Below, piece by piece: positions 46,177 to 55,420 of a DNA stretch of 62,604 nucleotides (its first letter is position 1; each line of letters opens with the position of its first letter). The stretch spans positions 1-62,604 of IMG/VR virus record IMGVR_UViG_3300044619_000874. One strand, given 5' to 3'. Under the pieces are notes generated by a model. The model ran no database searches. It saw only the letters and a program-made list of their open reading frames with translations, and was not told the origin of the DNA. This DNA is from a virus. Its lineage: Duplodnaviria; Caudoviricetes. A program made the position numbers and the translations under genes.

Positions 46177-46728
46177 TTAGTTGAGAAGGCTCTGTAGCGG
46201 ACTCTGTGGTCTGCCAGAGCCACCGATCCGCTGACCGCCTGCGCCGTACAGGTCGATCCCCGGCGCGGATTGCTGAACTCCACCGCCGCCGCTGAACATG
46301 TTGCCCATCTGGGACGACATGTTGTTCAGCGCACCGACATGCCCCATCTGGGCCTTGAGTTGGTTGTCCGAGTCATGGCGGGCGGTCTCCGCCTGATACC
46401 GGCCGGTCTCGGAGTCGTACTGACGCCGGGCCGCCTCGTGCTTCATCAGGTTGCTTTCACGAGCCGCAATCTGCGCCCGGGCGGCGTAAGCAGAGTCACC
46501 AGAAGCCTGATTGGAGTTGAAGTTGGCGCGATCGGCGTAGCGTTGCGATTCAACCGCCGCAGGCGCGTGGTTCATAGAGTTGTGCAGGAAGCCGCTGTAG
46601 CCGACGTACGAGTTGGCGGCGGCGGCGGAACGGTTGGCCTGCTGCTGCGCCTCGAACGCCTGCTGCTGCATGGCACGCTCGCGATCACGCAGCGTCCAGT
46701 CGATGCCTTCGTTGTCGAGGTAGCCCAT
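46177..46728 (-). CDS. Hypothetical Gln/Ala/Asn-rich protein
   Basis: 183 aa, AGGAG RBS. Confidence 0.6.
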   Translation of the reverse strand: MGYLDNEGIDWTLRDRERAMQQQAFEAQQQANRSAAAANSYVGYSGFLHNSMNHAPAAVESQRYADRANFNSNQASGDSAYAARAQIAARESNLMKHEAARRQYDSETGRYQAETARHDSDNQLKAQMGHVGALNNMSSQMGNMFSGGGGVQQSAPGIDLYGAGGQRIGGSGRPQSPLQSLLN

Positions 46729-46740
46729 TACGATCTCTCC

Positions 46741-47169
46741 TTAGTCGAGTTGAAGTACTCGCCCACCGTGCGCCTGCGACCCGCCGCTCGGGCTGCTGAA
46801 CGAGTTCGATGACGACCGGCTGGTCAGCCGCACCTTGGGCACGACCTCCCCGAACACGCCGTCGTATGCTCCGCCAGCACCGCCGCTGGACGTGTATGCG
46901 TTGATGTATGCAGTCAGGTCGGCAATGCGCCTGCCGGTGGCAAGAGCCGTCTCTATGTCGCCCTTCGCCAAGGCAGCGGCGCGGGCTGCGCTCGTCTGCG
47001 AGAGGTCGTCACCGATCTTGTAGAGGAGGTCTTGCCCGCTGTAGTCGTACGAACTAGACGAGGAGGCACTGGTGCTGCCGCCGCCGGGGTACGAAACAGA
47101 CCACGAAGGGTCGTGCTGCTTTCGGCCCTGCTCTTCCGGCATCAGGTCGTTCAGGTCTGGCTGTGCCAT
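46741..47169 (-). CDS. Hypothetical Ser/Gly-rich protein
   Basis: ORF in operon orientation. Confidence 0.5.
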   Translation of the reverse strand: MAQPDLNDLMPEEQGRKQHDPSWSVSYPGGGSTSASSSSSYDYSGQDLLYKIGDDLSQTSAARAAALAKGDIETALATGRRIADLTAYINAYTSSGGAGGAYDGVFGEVVPKVRLTSRSSSNSFSSPSGGSQAHGGRVLQLD

Positions 47170-47183
47170 TTCGTCACTCAATG

Positions 47184-47223
47184 AAACGGGCGGCGGGGCG
47201 GCCTCCTGCCATCCCGCCGCCCG
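47184..47223 (-). terminator. Terminator-like hairpin after capsid cluster
   Basis: CGGGCGGCGGG/CCCGCCGCCCG stem followed by TTT on - strand. Confidence 0.55.
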
Positions 47224-47255
47224 CAAGGTCAGTCAGTACTAGTCCTGACTGAAGA

Positions 47256-47471
47256 TCACTTCTTGCCGTCTTCGCCCCGGAGGGCAGCGGCACGGGTCTC
47301 CAACTTCTTCGCGTGGAAGCGGGCCCGGGCGGCCAGCCGCTTCTCACGACTCTCTTTGTTCACCTGACGAATCTGGTGCTTCATCTCCGGGCGGTCGACC
47401 GCATCGGTGGTGTCTTCAGCAAACGCCACCGGGGCCACAGCGAGGATCAGAGCAACGAGAGCGAAACGCAT
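47256..47471 (-). CDS. Small secreted protein
   Basis: MRFALVALILAVAPVAFA signal peptide, then a basic helix. Confidence 0.6.
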   Translation of the reverse strand: MRFALVALILAVAPVAFAEDTTDAVDRPEMKHQIRQVNKESREKRLAARARFHAKKLETRAAALRGEDGKK

Positions 47472-47485
47472 CGAGGGTCTCCTGA

Positions 47486-47986
47486 TCACGGAACGGTGGG
47501 GGTGGTCGGGGTCGTGGTGGTCGTGTCGGCGTCTTCGGTGCCAACGCGAACGGCGGGCATGTTCTCGGCATCCTCTGGCACTTCATCGCCGTCCACGTTG
47601 ATGAACAGACGCGGCGTCGAGGTGCCGGAGACGAGATACGAGACGCGGGTGTTGAGGGGTTTCTGGGTCGGGCCGTCGATGACCAGCCAGAAGACCTCGT
47701 TCGCCACAACCGGCTTGGCGAGGTACTCGTCCACGACGCCCTTGTAGCCACGCAGCGTGACTTCGGTGCCGGGGGCGAGGTCTGCTCCGGTCGTGTTCTT
47801 CAGGGCCACGCAGGTCACGATCTCGTTCGAGAGCACCGCGCCAGTCTTGGCGTGGACGTCCGTGAACTGCTTCTTCGTGTTGGTCTGCGACTGGCCGGTG
47901 AGGGTGTCGGTCTTCTCAATGGGGTGAACCCACAGGGTGCCGAGAACCTGACCGCGACCGAAACCGGGATCGAGAACGTAACTCAT
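47486..47986 (-). CDS. Capsid decoration/cement protein
   Basis: Follows major capsid gene; GVVDEYL...FWLVIDGP. Confidence 0.6.
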   Translation of the reverse strand: MSYVLDPGFGRGQVLGTLWVHPIEKTDTLTGQSQTNTKKQFTDVHAKTGAVLSNEIVTCVALKNTTGADLAPGTEVTLRGYKGVVDEYLAKPVVANEVFWLVIDGPTQKPLNTRVSYLVSGTSTPRLFINVDGDEVPEDAENMPAVRVGTEDADTTTTTPTTPTVP

Positions 47987-48022
47987 CGTCGAATATCTCC
48001 TGCTGAGAGAGAGGTGTGTGGA

Positions 48023-49150
48023 TCAGGTGCCCTTGGCGTCGACCAACTTAAAGAAGTTGCGCGGACTTGCGAAACGCATGTTTGCCAAAACGCTGGCGAC
48101 GTATCGGTAACTCTGGTTCGTTTCCGAATAGTAAGGGCCCTCGGCCGTGATAAGTTGCCCTTCCATGCAGTGGAGGTACATGTTGGCGATCGAGAGACCG
48201 TAGCCGCAGCCCGTGGGAACGGCATACTCGGTCGAAATTTCACAGCCGTCCTGCTCGAATACGTCACTGAAGCCGTAAGACTTGAGGCCGTTCGTCTTCG
48301 TGACGATCGTGCGCTCCTTCGAGTCGAGCCTGTTCATATAGTCAATAAACATGCGTCGATCGAGCATCACGAGATCAATAGCACTGGCCTTTGAATCATT
48401 GCGCTTGGCCTGATGGATGCCTTCGCGCACAGCCTCGACGCACTGATCCTTCCACGTCGGGGTCGTGCCCTTGAAGAAGGACGACGTGTAGTTCACGATG
48501 ATCGGGGTGTAGTAGTCGTACTCCGGGTCGCACGCGACGTTGGGCCACGAGCCCTTCTCCAACTGCGAGCCAGCCTCGGCACCGAGTTCGGTGGAGAGAC
48601 CGGCGTAGTTGTCCTTGGCCCAGCAGAACGGGTCTTCCGCACGAGCAGTTGCCTCGCGAGCACCCGTGTCCACGTTGACCGTGCCGTTGAACCCGAATAG
48701 GGTGTCAAGCCCTTGGAATCGCAGTTCGTTACCGACGGCGTCGCCGTCAACGTATACCTCACGACTGAGGTGTTGCTCCATCGACTCCTGAAGACGCGAG
48801 GCCATCTTGCCCGCGACGTTGATGAGAGCCTGCTGACCACGGTTCTCAAGCATCTCACGACGGAAGATCGCGTCGGTGACTTGGTAGCCCCGGTAATCGA
48901 GTTTGGCGGTCTTCCAGAGGTTCTGGCGGCTGAAGGTACGCGGAGTCTCTCCGTTGTTACCGGAGACAGGCTGGTTGCGGAAACGAACTTCCCACGAGAA
49001 GCCCCTGCCGCTCTGATTGGTCAGCACGTTGCCGCTGCCTTCGAGCGAGGCGAAGACGCGGAACTTCCGAAGTACGTTGACCTCTTCCTCACGAAGGTAG
49101 TTCGTGATGGTCGTACCAATAGCGCGTGCCCAATCAGTCGCCGACGCCAT
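48023..49150 (-). CDS. Major capsid protein
   Basis: 375 aa following scaffold; strong codon bias; YVDGD...FQGL; size and position typical. Confidence 0.85.
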   Translation of the reverse strand: MASATDWARAIGTTITNYLREEEVNVLRKFRVFASLEGSGNVLTNQSGRGFSWEVRFRNQPVSGNNGETPRTFSRQNLWKTAKLDYRGYQVTDAIFRREMLENRGQQALINVAGKMASRLQESMEQHLSREVYVDGDAVGNELRFQGLDTLFGFNGTVNVDTGAREATARAEDPFCWAKDNYAGLSTELGAEAGSQLEKGSWPNVACDPEYDYYTPIIVNYTSSFFKGTTPTWKDQCVEAVREGIHQAKRNDSKASAIDLVMLDRRMFIDYMNRLDSKERTIVTKTNGLKSYGFSDVFEQDGCEISTEYAVPTGCGYGLSIANMYLHCMEGQLITAEGPYYSETNQSYRYVASVLANMRFASPRNFFKLVDAKGT

Positions 49151-49172
49151 GCCGTGTCTCCTTGTTGAGGGC

Positions 49173-50258
49173 TTAGATCAGCCCGTCGCCTTCGAGTGTC
49201 TGTCGCAGTTGTTCTTCAAAACTCATCCCACGGCGTCCGGCCGAGGGACTGTTGGTCGTCACACCGGCCCTGTTGGCCGTTCGAGATGCAGCGCGCCGCA
49301 GGTATTCCATGTTGGCTTCCGCAGGAGACTGCCTCGGCGTCGGCGCGGTGGCCGGTGGTGCCGAGTACTGCTGCTGCGGGAGTTGGCTTTGGAACGCCTG
49401 CTGCTGTGCTGCACTCGCGTCTGCGCTGCGAGCCTGATGCAGTAGGTCGCGCTCGACCATCTGCAAGGCGAAGTTCCATCGGGCCTCCGGTGAGGAGATG
49501 CCGAGGCTCTTTGCCTGCTCGATGTAGTTTTTGGCCGCCTCACCTTCCGGTGAGACATTTCCGTTTTTGTCGTACAGCCAATCGCGGTTCTTTTCTTCGA
49601 GGGTCGCGACGTACTGATGTCGCTGAACCTCGGCAAATTGCCGCTGAATCATCTCTTGGGCCTGCTGCTGGGCAAGCCGCGAAACCATCGGGGCGAGGGC
49701 CTCTTCCGGGTTGGTCAGAAACTTCTCGGCGAAGTTCTGGCGGTACTGGAAGTAGTCGGTGATGGCTTCCTTGGCGTGCAGTGGGGCGTCGGGGTGGATG
49801 GCATCCCGGCCCTGATCGTCCTTGACGATGTACCGCTTGTAGCCGTCCTTGAGTTCGGGCGGCGACCACCACGACTTTTGCTCCGGCTGATGCGGGGCAG
49901 GAGCCTGCTGCGGTGCGACCTGCGGATTGTTCCGCGACGTCAGCCACTGCTCATAGTCCGGGCGATTCTTCAAGTACTCCTGCGTGTAGGGCAGGTACTG
50001 CTGGTACTGGGCCAGCGCATGGCTGGCCTGCTTCTCGCGCTCCAGTGCTTGGTAGAGCCGGGTTGCGATCTCCCGGTCATCGTCCACGCCTTGGAAGTCG
50101 GGGAGGGTGCGGAACGCGCTCCAGATCGACTGTTCGGGGTTCGCCTGCGGCTCCGGCTCGGAGTCGGCCTCCGGCTGCTCGACGTCCGGGGCTTCCTGCT
50201 CCGGGGAGTCGTCCACCTCGGGGGCGTCGTCCAGCATCTCTTCGTCTTCGAGGGCCAT
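49173..50258 (-). CDS. Scaffolding protein
   Basis: Acidic N-terminus, coiled coil, SFEEQL C-terminus; directly before capsid gene. Confidence 0.75.
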   Translation of the reverse strand: MALEDEEMLDDAPEVDDSPEQEAPDVEQPEADSEPEPQANPEQSIWSAFRTLPDFQGVDDDREIATRLYQALEREKQASHALAQYQQYLPYTQEYLKNRPDYEQWLTSRNNPQVAPQQAPAPHQPEQKSWWSPPELKDGYKRYIVKDDQGRDAIHPDAPLHAKEAITDYFQYRQNFAEKFLTNPEEALAPMVSRLAQQQAQEMIQRQFAEVQRHQYVATLEEKNRDWLYDKNGNVSPEGEAAKNYIEQAKSLGISSPEARWNFALQMVERDLLHQARSADASAAQQQAFQSQLPQQQYSAPPATAPTPRQSPAEANMEYLRRAASRTANRAGVTTNSPSAGRRGMSFEEQLRQTLEGDGLI

Positions 50259-50277
50259 GTTCTTCCTTCGCTCGGGG

Positions 50278-50718
50278 TTACTTGAAACTCTGCGTCCAAT
50301 AGATGGATCGCCCGTTCTGCACAGCCCCCACGCCGATCTCGGAGTAGGAGGGGCTGAGAATGTTCCTGCGATGACCGGGGCTATTCATCCAGTCCCGCAT
50401 CACCACGTCAGGCGTCGGCTGGCCGTAGGCGACGTTCTCGCCGAAGCCGTTATTGCTGTGGTACATGCGACGCTGCCGGGCTTGGACGCCCGACCAGCCG
50501 CGTGCCACGGTCATCAACTTCTCGCTGATCTTCAGTGGTCGTAGGCCACGAGCGCGACGCTCGGCGTTGACCTTGGCTACGACTTCGTTCTCGTAGGCTG
50601 ACCCGACATACACGCGACGACACACGCCGCCGTCGCACTCGGTCTTGATGAGCCTGTTCTCTGCCGCCGCTGTTCCGCAGAGTGCGAAAGCGGCAAGCAC
50701 CAATACGGTGCGCCTCAT
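50278..50718 (-). CDS. Secreted CAP/SCP-domain protein
   Basis: Signal peptide; VNAERRARGLRPL, GENVAYG, WMNSPGHRRNIL, IGVG, YWTQ. Confidence 0.9.
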   Translation of the reverse strand: MRRTVLVLAAFALCGTAAAENRLIKTECDGGVCRRVYVGSAYENEVVAKVNAERRARGLRPLKISEKLMTVARGWSGVQARQRRMYHSNNGFGENVAYGQPTPDVVMRDWMNSPGHRRNILSPSYSEIGVGAVQNGRSIYWTQSFK

Positions 50719-50778
50719 TGGGCCTCCTTGCTCGTTAGGGGCTGACATGCTTATGGAGCAGGGAGCCATAACACCGAC

Positions 50779-52092
50779 ATGGGAAATCCGAACGACGCAT
50801 GGATGCAGGAAGGCGCAGCGCACGCCCGGCGCGGGCTCGTCGACATGATTGGGCGACACATGCCCGATCACGACCCGGAGGAGTTGGCTGATATCCTGAT
50901 CTCTCGCTCCGGCGAGCCGATGTACTGGGACGTCGTTGAGGCCCTTGACGGCGAGATCGCGCAGTCCGCCCAAGGCCACCCGCGCGGGATCACCGCCGAC
51001 GAGCGGGATGCGCTGGGCGGCAATCGTTTCATGCCGGACTACCTGCTCGGGCCGGGCGACCAGAAGGCTTACGCCGCCCTGCGGGACTCCAACCTCCTGA
51101 ATGCAGCGGTCGGCAGGCGGCCGGTCGCAAGCATCGACGACCTGATCGGCGGGGCGAACTACCGCGAGGGCGAGGAGGCCAAACCTCTTGAACAGTTCAG
51201 CCACGGGTCTGCGCCGCCGGGGTTTGAGCGCGACTGGAACCTCGCAAACGCTGGGCACGACTACAACACCGCCTCACAGATGCCCACGCGGCACTCGACG
51301 TTCTTCGGGGGCTCGCCCTACCCGCAGCACCAGTGGATCGGCCAGCCGTCCACGCTGCTCAACTCGTGGAACAACAACCGCGACGGCGTGCTCGGTCAGG
51401 CGATGGGCGCGTTCGATAAGTGGGGCAGGGCGGCTAAGGCTGCTGGCAGGACTCCCGGTGCGTGGGGTGGCGAGACGCACGGCATCGACGGGACGGTCGG
51501 CGCGGTAGCGAAGTGGGGCGCAAACTTCCCGCCGCAACTAGAGAAAGCGGAGCAGGCGGAGTGGGGCGGTAATGCAGTCGGTCGAGGCAGCCCGCTCGTG
51601 CCGAACGGACTGCGAGATCCGCAACTCCGGCAGGACTCAATCGACAATCTAAAACACTTCACCGCCCAAGCATCAGAGACGCCCGACGTCTTCACCTACG
51701 GCAAGTCGGTGGGTCGTGGCTACTCGCCTGCTCTCGGGTGGGCTTTTGATATGGGCACCGAAATCGCCGACCCGCTTACGGCCGCCTCGCTCGGTGCATC
51801 GTTCGCCCCGAAGGTCATGTTCAATGTGGCGTCCGGTGGGATTGGACGAGGCGTGCTGCGGTCACTTGCCGACGACGCCCCGAGGTTCCTCGCAAAGGAG
51901 GCGGGACAGGAGGCGGCCTCGCCGATCACTTGGGGGGTCGGGGCACTCACGTTCCCGAAGATGGCTGGAGCACTCACTGGCGAGAACGTCACGCCAGCCG
52001 ATCAGGCCAAGGCTGCCGCCGAGATCGAGGCGCAGCACAGGCAGGCGAATGCTGCCGTGCAGAACATTCGCCAGATGAAGAAAGATTATTAG
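50779..52092 (+). CDS. Hypothetical protein in inverted orientation
   Basis: 437 aa, GGAG upstream, phage-like codon usage. Confidence 0.65.
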   Translation: MGNPNDAWMQEGAAHARRGLVDMIGRHMPDHDPEELADILISRSGEPMYWDVVEALDGEIAQSAQGHPRGITADERDALGGNRFMPDYLLGPGDQKAYAALRDSNLLNAAVGRRPVASIDDLIGGANYREGEEAKPLEQFSHGSAPPGFERDWNLANAGHDYNTASQMPTRHSTFFGGSPYPQHQWIGQPSTLLNSWNNNRDGVLGQAMGAFDKWGRAAKAAGRTPGAWGGETHGIDGTVGAVAKWGANFPPQLEKAEQAEWGGNAVGRGSPLVPNGLRDPQLRQDSIDNLKHFTAQASETPDVFTYGKSVGRGYSPALGWAFDMGTEIADPLTAASLGASFAPKVMFNVASGGIGRGVLRSLADDAPRFLAKEAGQEAASPITWGVGALTFPKMAGALTGENVTPADQAKAAAEIEAQHRQANAAVQNIRQMKKDY

Positions 52093-52346
52093 TCCTCGGA
52101 CTTGCCGAACCGGCTCCTGATGCTGGCAGCGTAGAGTTCAGCCCGCACGTCCGCAGCGGTCTTGCGCCACTCGTAGGCTTCGCCCTCAATGAGGTCGACC
52201 CGGGCCTTCTCGTACCGGAGCAGGGCGCGGAGTTTCAGTACTTCGGTACGCAGGGACTCGATCTCGGCTGCGGCGTCGAGTTGCGTCTGGTACAGGTTAG
52301 GCGTGTAGACCCACGACTTGATGCGTTCGAGGATGTCCCCAGTCAT
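52089..52346 (-). CDS. Hypothetical coiled-coil protein
   Basis: DILERIK...AAAEIESLR. Confidence 0.55.
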   Translation of the reverse strand: MTGDILERIKSWVYTPNLYQTQLDAAAEIESLRTEVLKLRALLRYEKARVDLIEGEAYEWRKTAADVRAELYAASIRSRFGKSED

Positions 52347-52460
52347 ACGTCAATTTGCTCCATTTTAGTAGTTTTGTGCATACGTTCGGGGCGTCTGTGA
52401 GGATGTCTGCTTTATCTGGCGTCCCGCGCGTATGCCTCCGGTATATCGGTCGCTACGAAA

Positions 52461-52706
52461 TCAAAGTCGCTCCAGCAGGGAGCGAAGCGTGGCGGCTTGC
52501 TTGTCGCTCCAATCGTCGCCAATCCTGACAGAGGCATAGATGCAGTTCTCAATCGCCTCACGCTCCTCGTCGGTGAGCGCGGGCTGCGGTGGATGAACCA
52601 GCGGGCCTCCTGCACCGCCTGACAAGGACGCCCGCAATGACTCTCGCTGCTCGTCTGTGAGCGTCACGTTTATTTGCGACGGAACTTGACATTGTGTTTT
52701 AGTCAC
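52461..52706 (-). CDS. LTDEER-family small protein
   Basis: LTDEEREA...TLRSLLERL. Confidence 0.6.
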   Translation of the reverse strand: MTKTQCQVPSQINVTLTDEQRESLRASLSGGAGGPLVHPPQPALTDEEREAIENCIYASVRIGDDWSDKQAATLRSLLERL

Positions 52707-53032
52707 TTCGTTCTCTCCAGTAGGTTGCGAAGCGTGTCAACGCGATCAAACTCTTCGCAGTTTCCAGCGAGTTCTTCCGCCCACTCCACCGCCTCCCGCT
52801 CCTCGTCGGTGAGCGTGGGCTGAAAAATCCTCGCAATCCTCCGCGCCGCAAGCCTCGCCCTGTCTTCGGCGTAACTGTTGCCGCCCTGCCACTTCTTTGT
52901 GGTGCCATCGCGATACCACCGCATGGCGCAGTGGACGATTTCGGCAACCCGCTCCAGTTGGGATTCCCCGTGAGAACCAGCGGATGCAGGAGGCATCGCT
53001 GCGGCGTCCTGCGGTGTAGTTTCGTCTGTCAT
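52703..53032 (-). CDS. LTDEER-family small protein
   Basis: LTDEEREA...TLRNLLERT. Confidence 0.6.
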   Translation of the reverse strand: MTDETTPQDAAAMPPASAGSHGESQLERVAEIVHCAMRWYRDGTTKKWQGGNSYAEDRARLAARRIARIFQPTLTDEEREAVEWAEELAGNCEEFDRVDTLRNLLERTK

Positions 53033-53057
53033 GCGATGCTCCTGATCCTGCGTGTTC

Positions 53058-53513
53058 TCAGCCTAGCCGTTCCAGCAACGCGCGGAGCGTCCTCGCTGCG
53101 GCATCGTCTCTGCGGCACGCACCATCCGATACGTCCTCCACGCCGTACAAAGCGTCGATTCCGCGATTCAACGCCTTCCGTTCCTCGTCGGTGAGCGTGA
53201 GCGGCGTGAGGGAGCAGTACTGCGTTGTGGTGCCTACGACATGCGGACACTGCACCGTTTCGCGGCTCTCTGCTGCACCAAATCGCACGGTGGGGTGCTC
53301 CATCATCGCGACCCGAAGCGTGGCGAGGTGCTCGTCAAACGCCCTTGCGGTGCGCATCCAGTAGTCACGTTCCTTCACCAAGGACTTCAGTTGCTCGGGC
53401 CATTCGGCTCGGATGCTCTCGATCTCGTAGGCAGCCTCTTCCATGAGGTCGGAGGCCGGGCTGGCGGCTGGCATGATCGACCAGTTGCGAAGCCGGGTGA
53501 CGATGTCGCTCAT
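53058..53513 (-). CDS. LTDEER-family protein
   Basis: MSDIVTRLR...LTDEERKA...TLRALLERL. Confidence 0.6.
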   Translation of the reverse strand: MSDIVTRLRNWSIMPAASPASDLMEEAAYEIESIRAEWPEQLKSLVKERDYWMRTARAFDEHLATLRVAMMEHPTVRFGAAESRETVQCPHVVGTTTQYCSLTPLTLTDEERKALNRGIDALYGVEDVSDGACRRDDAAARTLRALLERLG

Positions 53514-53767
53514 CGCTGGAACCTCACGGTAATGAACGTCCCAAGGAAGGCCCCGCAGACGAGCGGAACCAAGTACTTCGGATTGCGGCTGAAGGAGATC
53601 GTCCCGTACGCGAGCATGGCGTAGAGGAAGCACGAGATCACCGCAGCCCGGAAGGCCCGACGCTTGGCTACCTCGGCGATGTACCGGGCGTACATGATGT
53701 CCACGACGAAGTAGGTCGCGAACACCAGCCACGCAGTCATCCACTGGAACTCGTCGGTGTGCATCAC
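53510..53767 (-). CDS. Small multi-pass membrane protein
   Basis: Three hydrophobic segments. Confidence 0.65.
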   Translation of the reverse strand: MMHTDEFQWMTAWLVFATYFVVDIMYARYIAEVAKRRAFRAAVISCFLYAMLAYGTISFSRNPKYLVPLVCGAFLGTFITVRFQR

Positions 53768-54354
53768 TTCTCCATCGAGCGGAACAGGGCTGCGTCGGCC
53801 GACTCCAGACGACGCTCAAGGGCCTCGACCTGCTTTGCCAAGGACTTGCGTTCCTTGTATGCGAGCACGCACTGGCGGAGTTGCTTGATCACCCGGGCAG
53901 CCCGGTCGCAGATGGCCCGCATCTGGTTGGCGTCGAACTCGTGGCAGTACTTCTCCAGCACCTCGACGATGTCGAACCGATCCTGCGGGATCGCCTCTCG
54001 GTACTCGCTGGTCAGGGGAGCGGCCAGCCCGCCTTGATAAGGCAGTCCTTCAACCGCTCGATCTCCAGCCGGAGTTTCTGGTTCTGCTGCCGCAACGAGT
54101 CCAGTTGCTCGGACGTAGACGGGGGTGTGCTTTCCGACGTAGGCCCCGGTGATATTGAAGGCTGCATACTCTTCTGCGTCGTCGTAAGACATGCCGTCCC
54201 TCTCGACCATGATCTGGACGATCTTGTCGATGGAGTACACGGCGGAGATGGGGCGTAGGTGGTTGTCGGTGAGCCCGATGAAGGCTTCGTCCCAACCGTC
54301 AGCGAGGAGCACGTCCTCGTCGATCTCGGCTATCGCTTCACGGTCGATTGGCAT
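53764..54354 (-). CDS. Conserved phage hypothetical protein
   Basis: ADGWDEAFIG...EEYAAFNITGAYVG.HTP. Confidence 0.65.
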   Translation of the reverse strand: MPIDREAIAEIDEDVLLADGWDEAFIGLTDNHLRPISAVYSIDKIVQIMVERDGMSYDDAEEYAAFNITGAYVGKHTPVYVRATGLVAAAEPETPAGDRAVEGLPYQGGLAAPLTSEYREAIPQDRFDIVEVLEKYCHEFDANQMRAICDRAARVIKQLRQCVLAYKERKSLAKQVEALERRLESADAALFRSMEK

Positions 54355-54785
54355 GCCTTGGTCTCCTCGGCGGCAATGGCTTCGGCTCGGGCTCGCTCAT
54401 ACACGGCAGATGCTTCTTCGGGGGTGTCGTATGAACCGAGGCATCGATTGCAGTGCATCGCCATGAACTTCTCGCCCCTCCCGTAGACGCCGGTCGGCAG
54501 GTCTCGGTATCGGTGGCGAATGTTCAGCGACTGACCCCGGAGCGTCGTGGCCCGGAGGTTCGAGATTCGGTTGTCCCACGGCACGCCGTTCTTGTGGTCG
54601 ATGGTGCCGGGCGTCGGCCAGTAACCGTGAGCCAGAAACCAAACATGGTCGTGCTGCCGAATCCTCTTGGCCCCATCTGAACGATGGATGTAGCCACTCT
54701 TGGTCTTGCACCAGAGCATCGGGCACACCTGCTCGGCGTACTCGGGATCGACGACGTACTTCCAAGTGCTGCGATTCCGGGGCAT
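54330..54785 (-). CDS. HNH homing endonuclease (HNH plus AP2-like domain)
   Basis: IDHKNG...DNRISNLR; GVY...LGSYDTPEEA. Confidence 0.85.
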   Translation of the reverse strand: MPRNRSTWKYVVDPEYAEQVCPMLWCKTKSGYIHRSDGAKRIRQHDHVWFLAHGYWPTPGTIDHKNGVPWDNRISNLRATTLRGQSLNIRHRYRDLPTGVYGRGEKFMAMHCNRCLGSYDTPEEASAVYERARAEAIAAEETKACQSTVKR

Positions 54786-54816
54786 GGCGATACTCCGTTC
54801 GGGATTCGCGAACTGG

Positions 54817-54855
54817 AAACGCGGCCCGCAGGTCTTGGGCTTCCTGCGGGCCGCG
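54817..54855 (-). terminator. Hairpin after ssb
   Basis: GCGGCCCGCAGG/CCTGCGGGCCGC stem followed by TTT on - strand. Confidence 0.55.
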
Positions 54856-54879
54856 CCCCAACACCTGCGTCCTTGCAGG

Positions 54880-55251
54880 CTAAAATCCATGCCACGAGTC
54901 ATCCGACTCGGACTTCGGGCCACCGGCACCGGGCTGACGCTTCGGCCACTTCAGCGAGATGCCGACGTCATCAGCCATGACGGTCACCGAGGTTCGCTCG
55001 ACGCCGTCCTTCTCGTACTTCTCGACTTCGAGCCGCCCGGTCACCATGACCCGGTCGCCCTTGCCGACCTTCTCGGCGACGAGAGCGGCCATCTCGTCGA
55101 AGCACAGGACGTTGACCCATGAAGTTACGGGGTCACGACCCTCGATCTTCTTGGTAGAGGCCACGCTGAAGCGGCACATGTCTTTGCCGCCCTTGGTCTG
55201 CTTGAGTTCAGGGGCCTGACCGACATTGCCGAACACTTCTGCCTTGATCAT
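54880..55251 (-). CDS. ssb: Single-stranded DNA-binding protein
   Basis: GNVGQAPEL, FSVA, KGDRVMVTGRL, acidic C-terminus ending in F. Confidence 0.92.
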   Translation of the reverse strand: MIKAEVFGNVGQAPELKQTKGGKDMCRFSVASTKKIEGRDPVTSWVNVLCFDEMAALVAEKVGKGDRVMVTGRLEVEKYEKDGVERTSVTVMADDVGISLKWPKRQPGAGGPKSESDDSWHGF

Positions 55252-55294
55252 CTGAATCATCTCCTTGGTGTTGGGGACTGACCTAACGTGGCCC

Positions 55295-55321
55295 ATCATA
55301 GCGCGGTGGTCAAGCGTTCAG
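55295..55321 (-). promoter_or_regulatory. Promoter-like element CTGAACGCTTGACCACCG-N3-TATGAT upstream of ssb
   Basis: 18-mer identical to 62458-62475 on the opposite strand; -10-like hexamer follows. Confidence 0.6.
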
Positions 55322-55420
55322 TCGGACGCAATATCCCCGCGCAAAACGCATGTTCGTGATGTTTGCGATCGGGCCATAAGCCTTGCACCGAGCACCTTCC
55401 CCCCAACACTGAGGTGCTGC

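Noticed and set aside
52366-52377. Additional motif copy (TTAGTAGTTTTG)
   Set aside because: Lacks the GCGGC half and lies in an AT-rich patch; likely chance.
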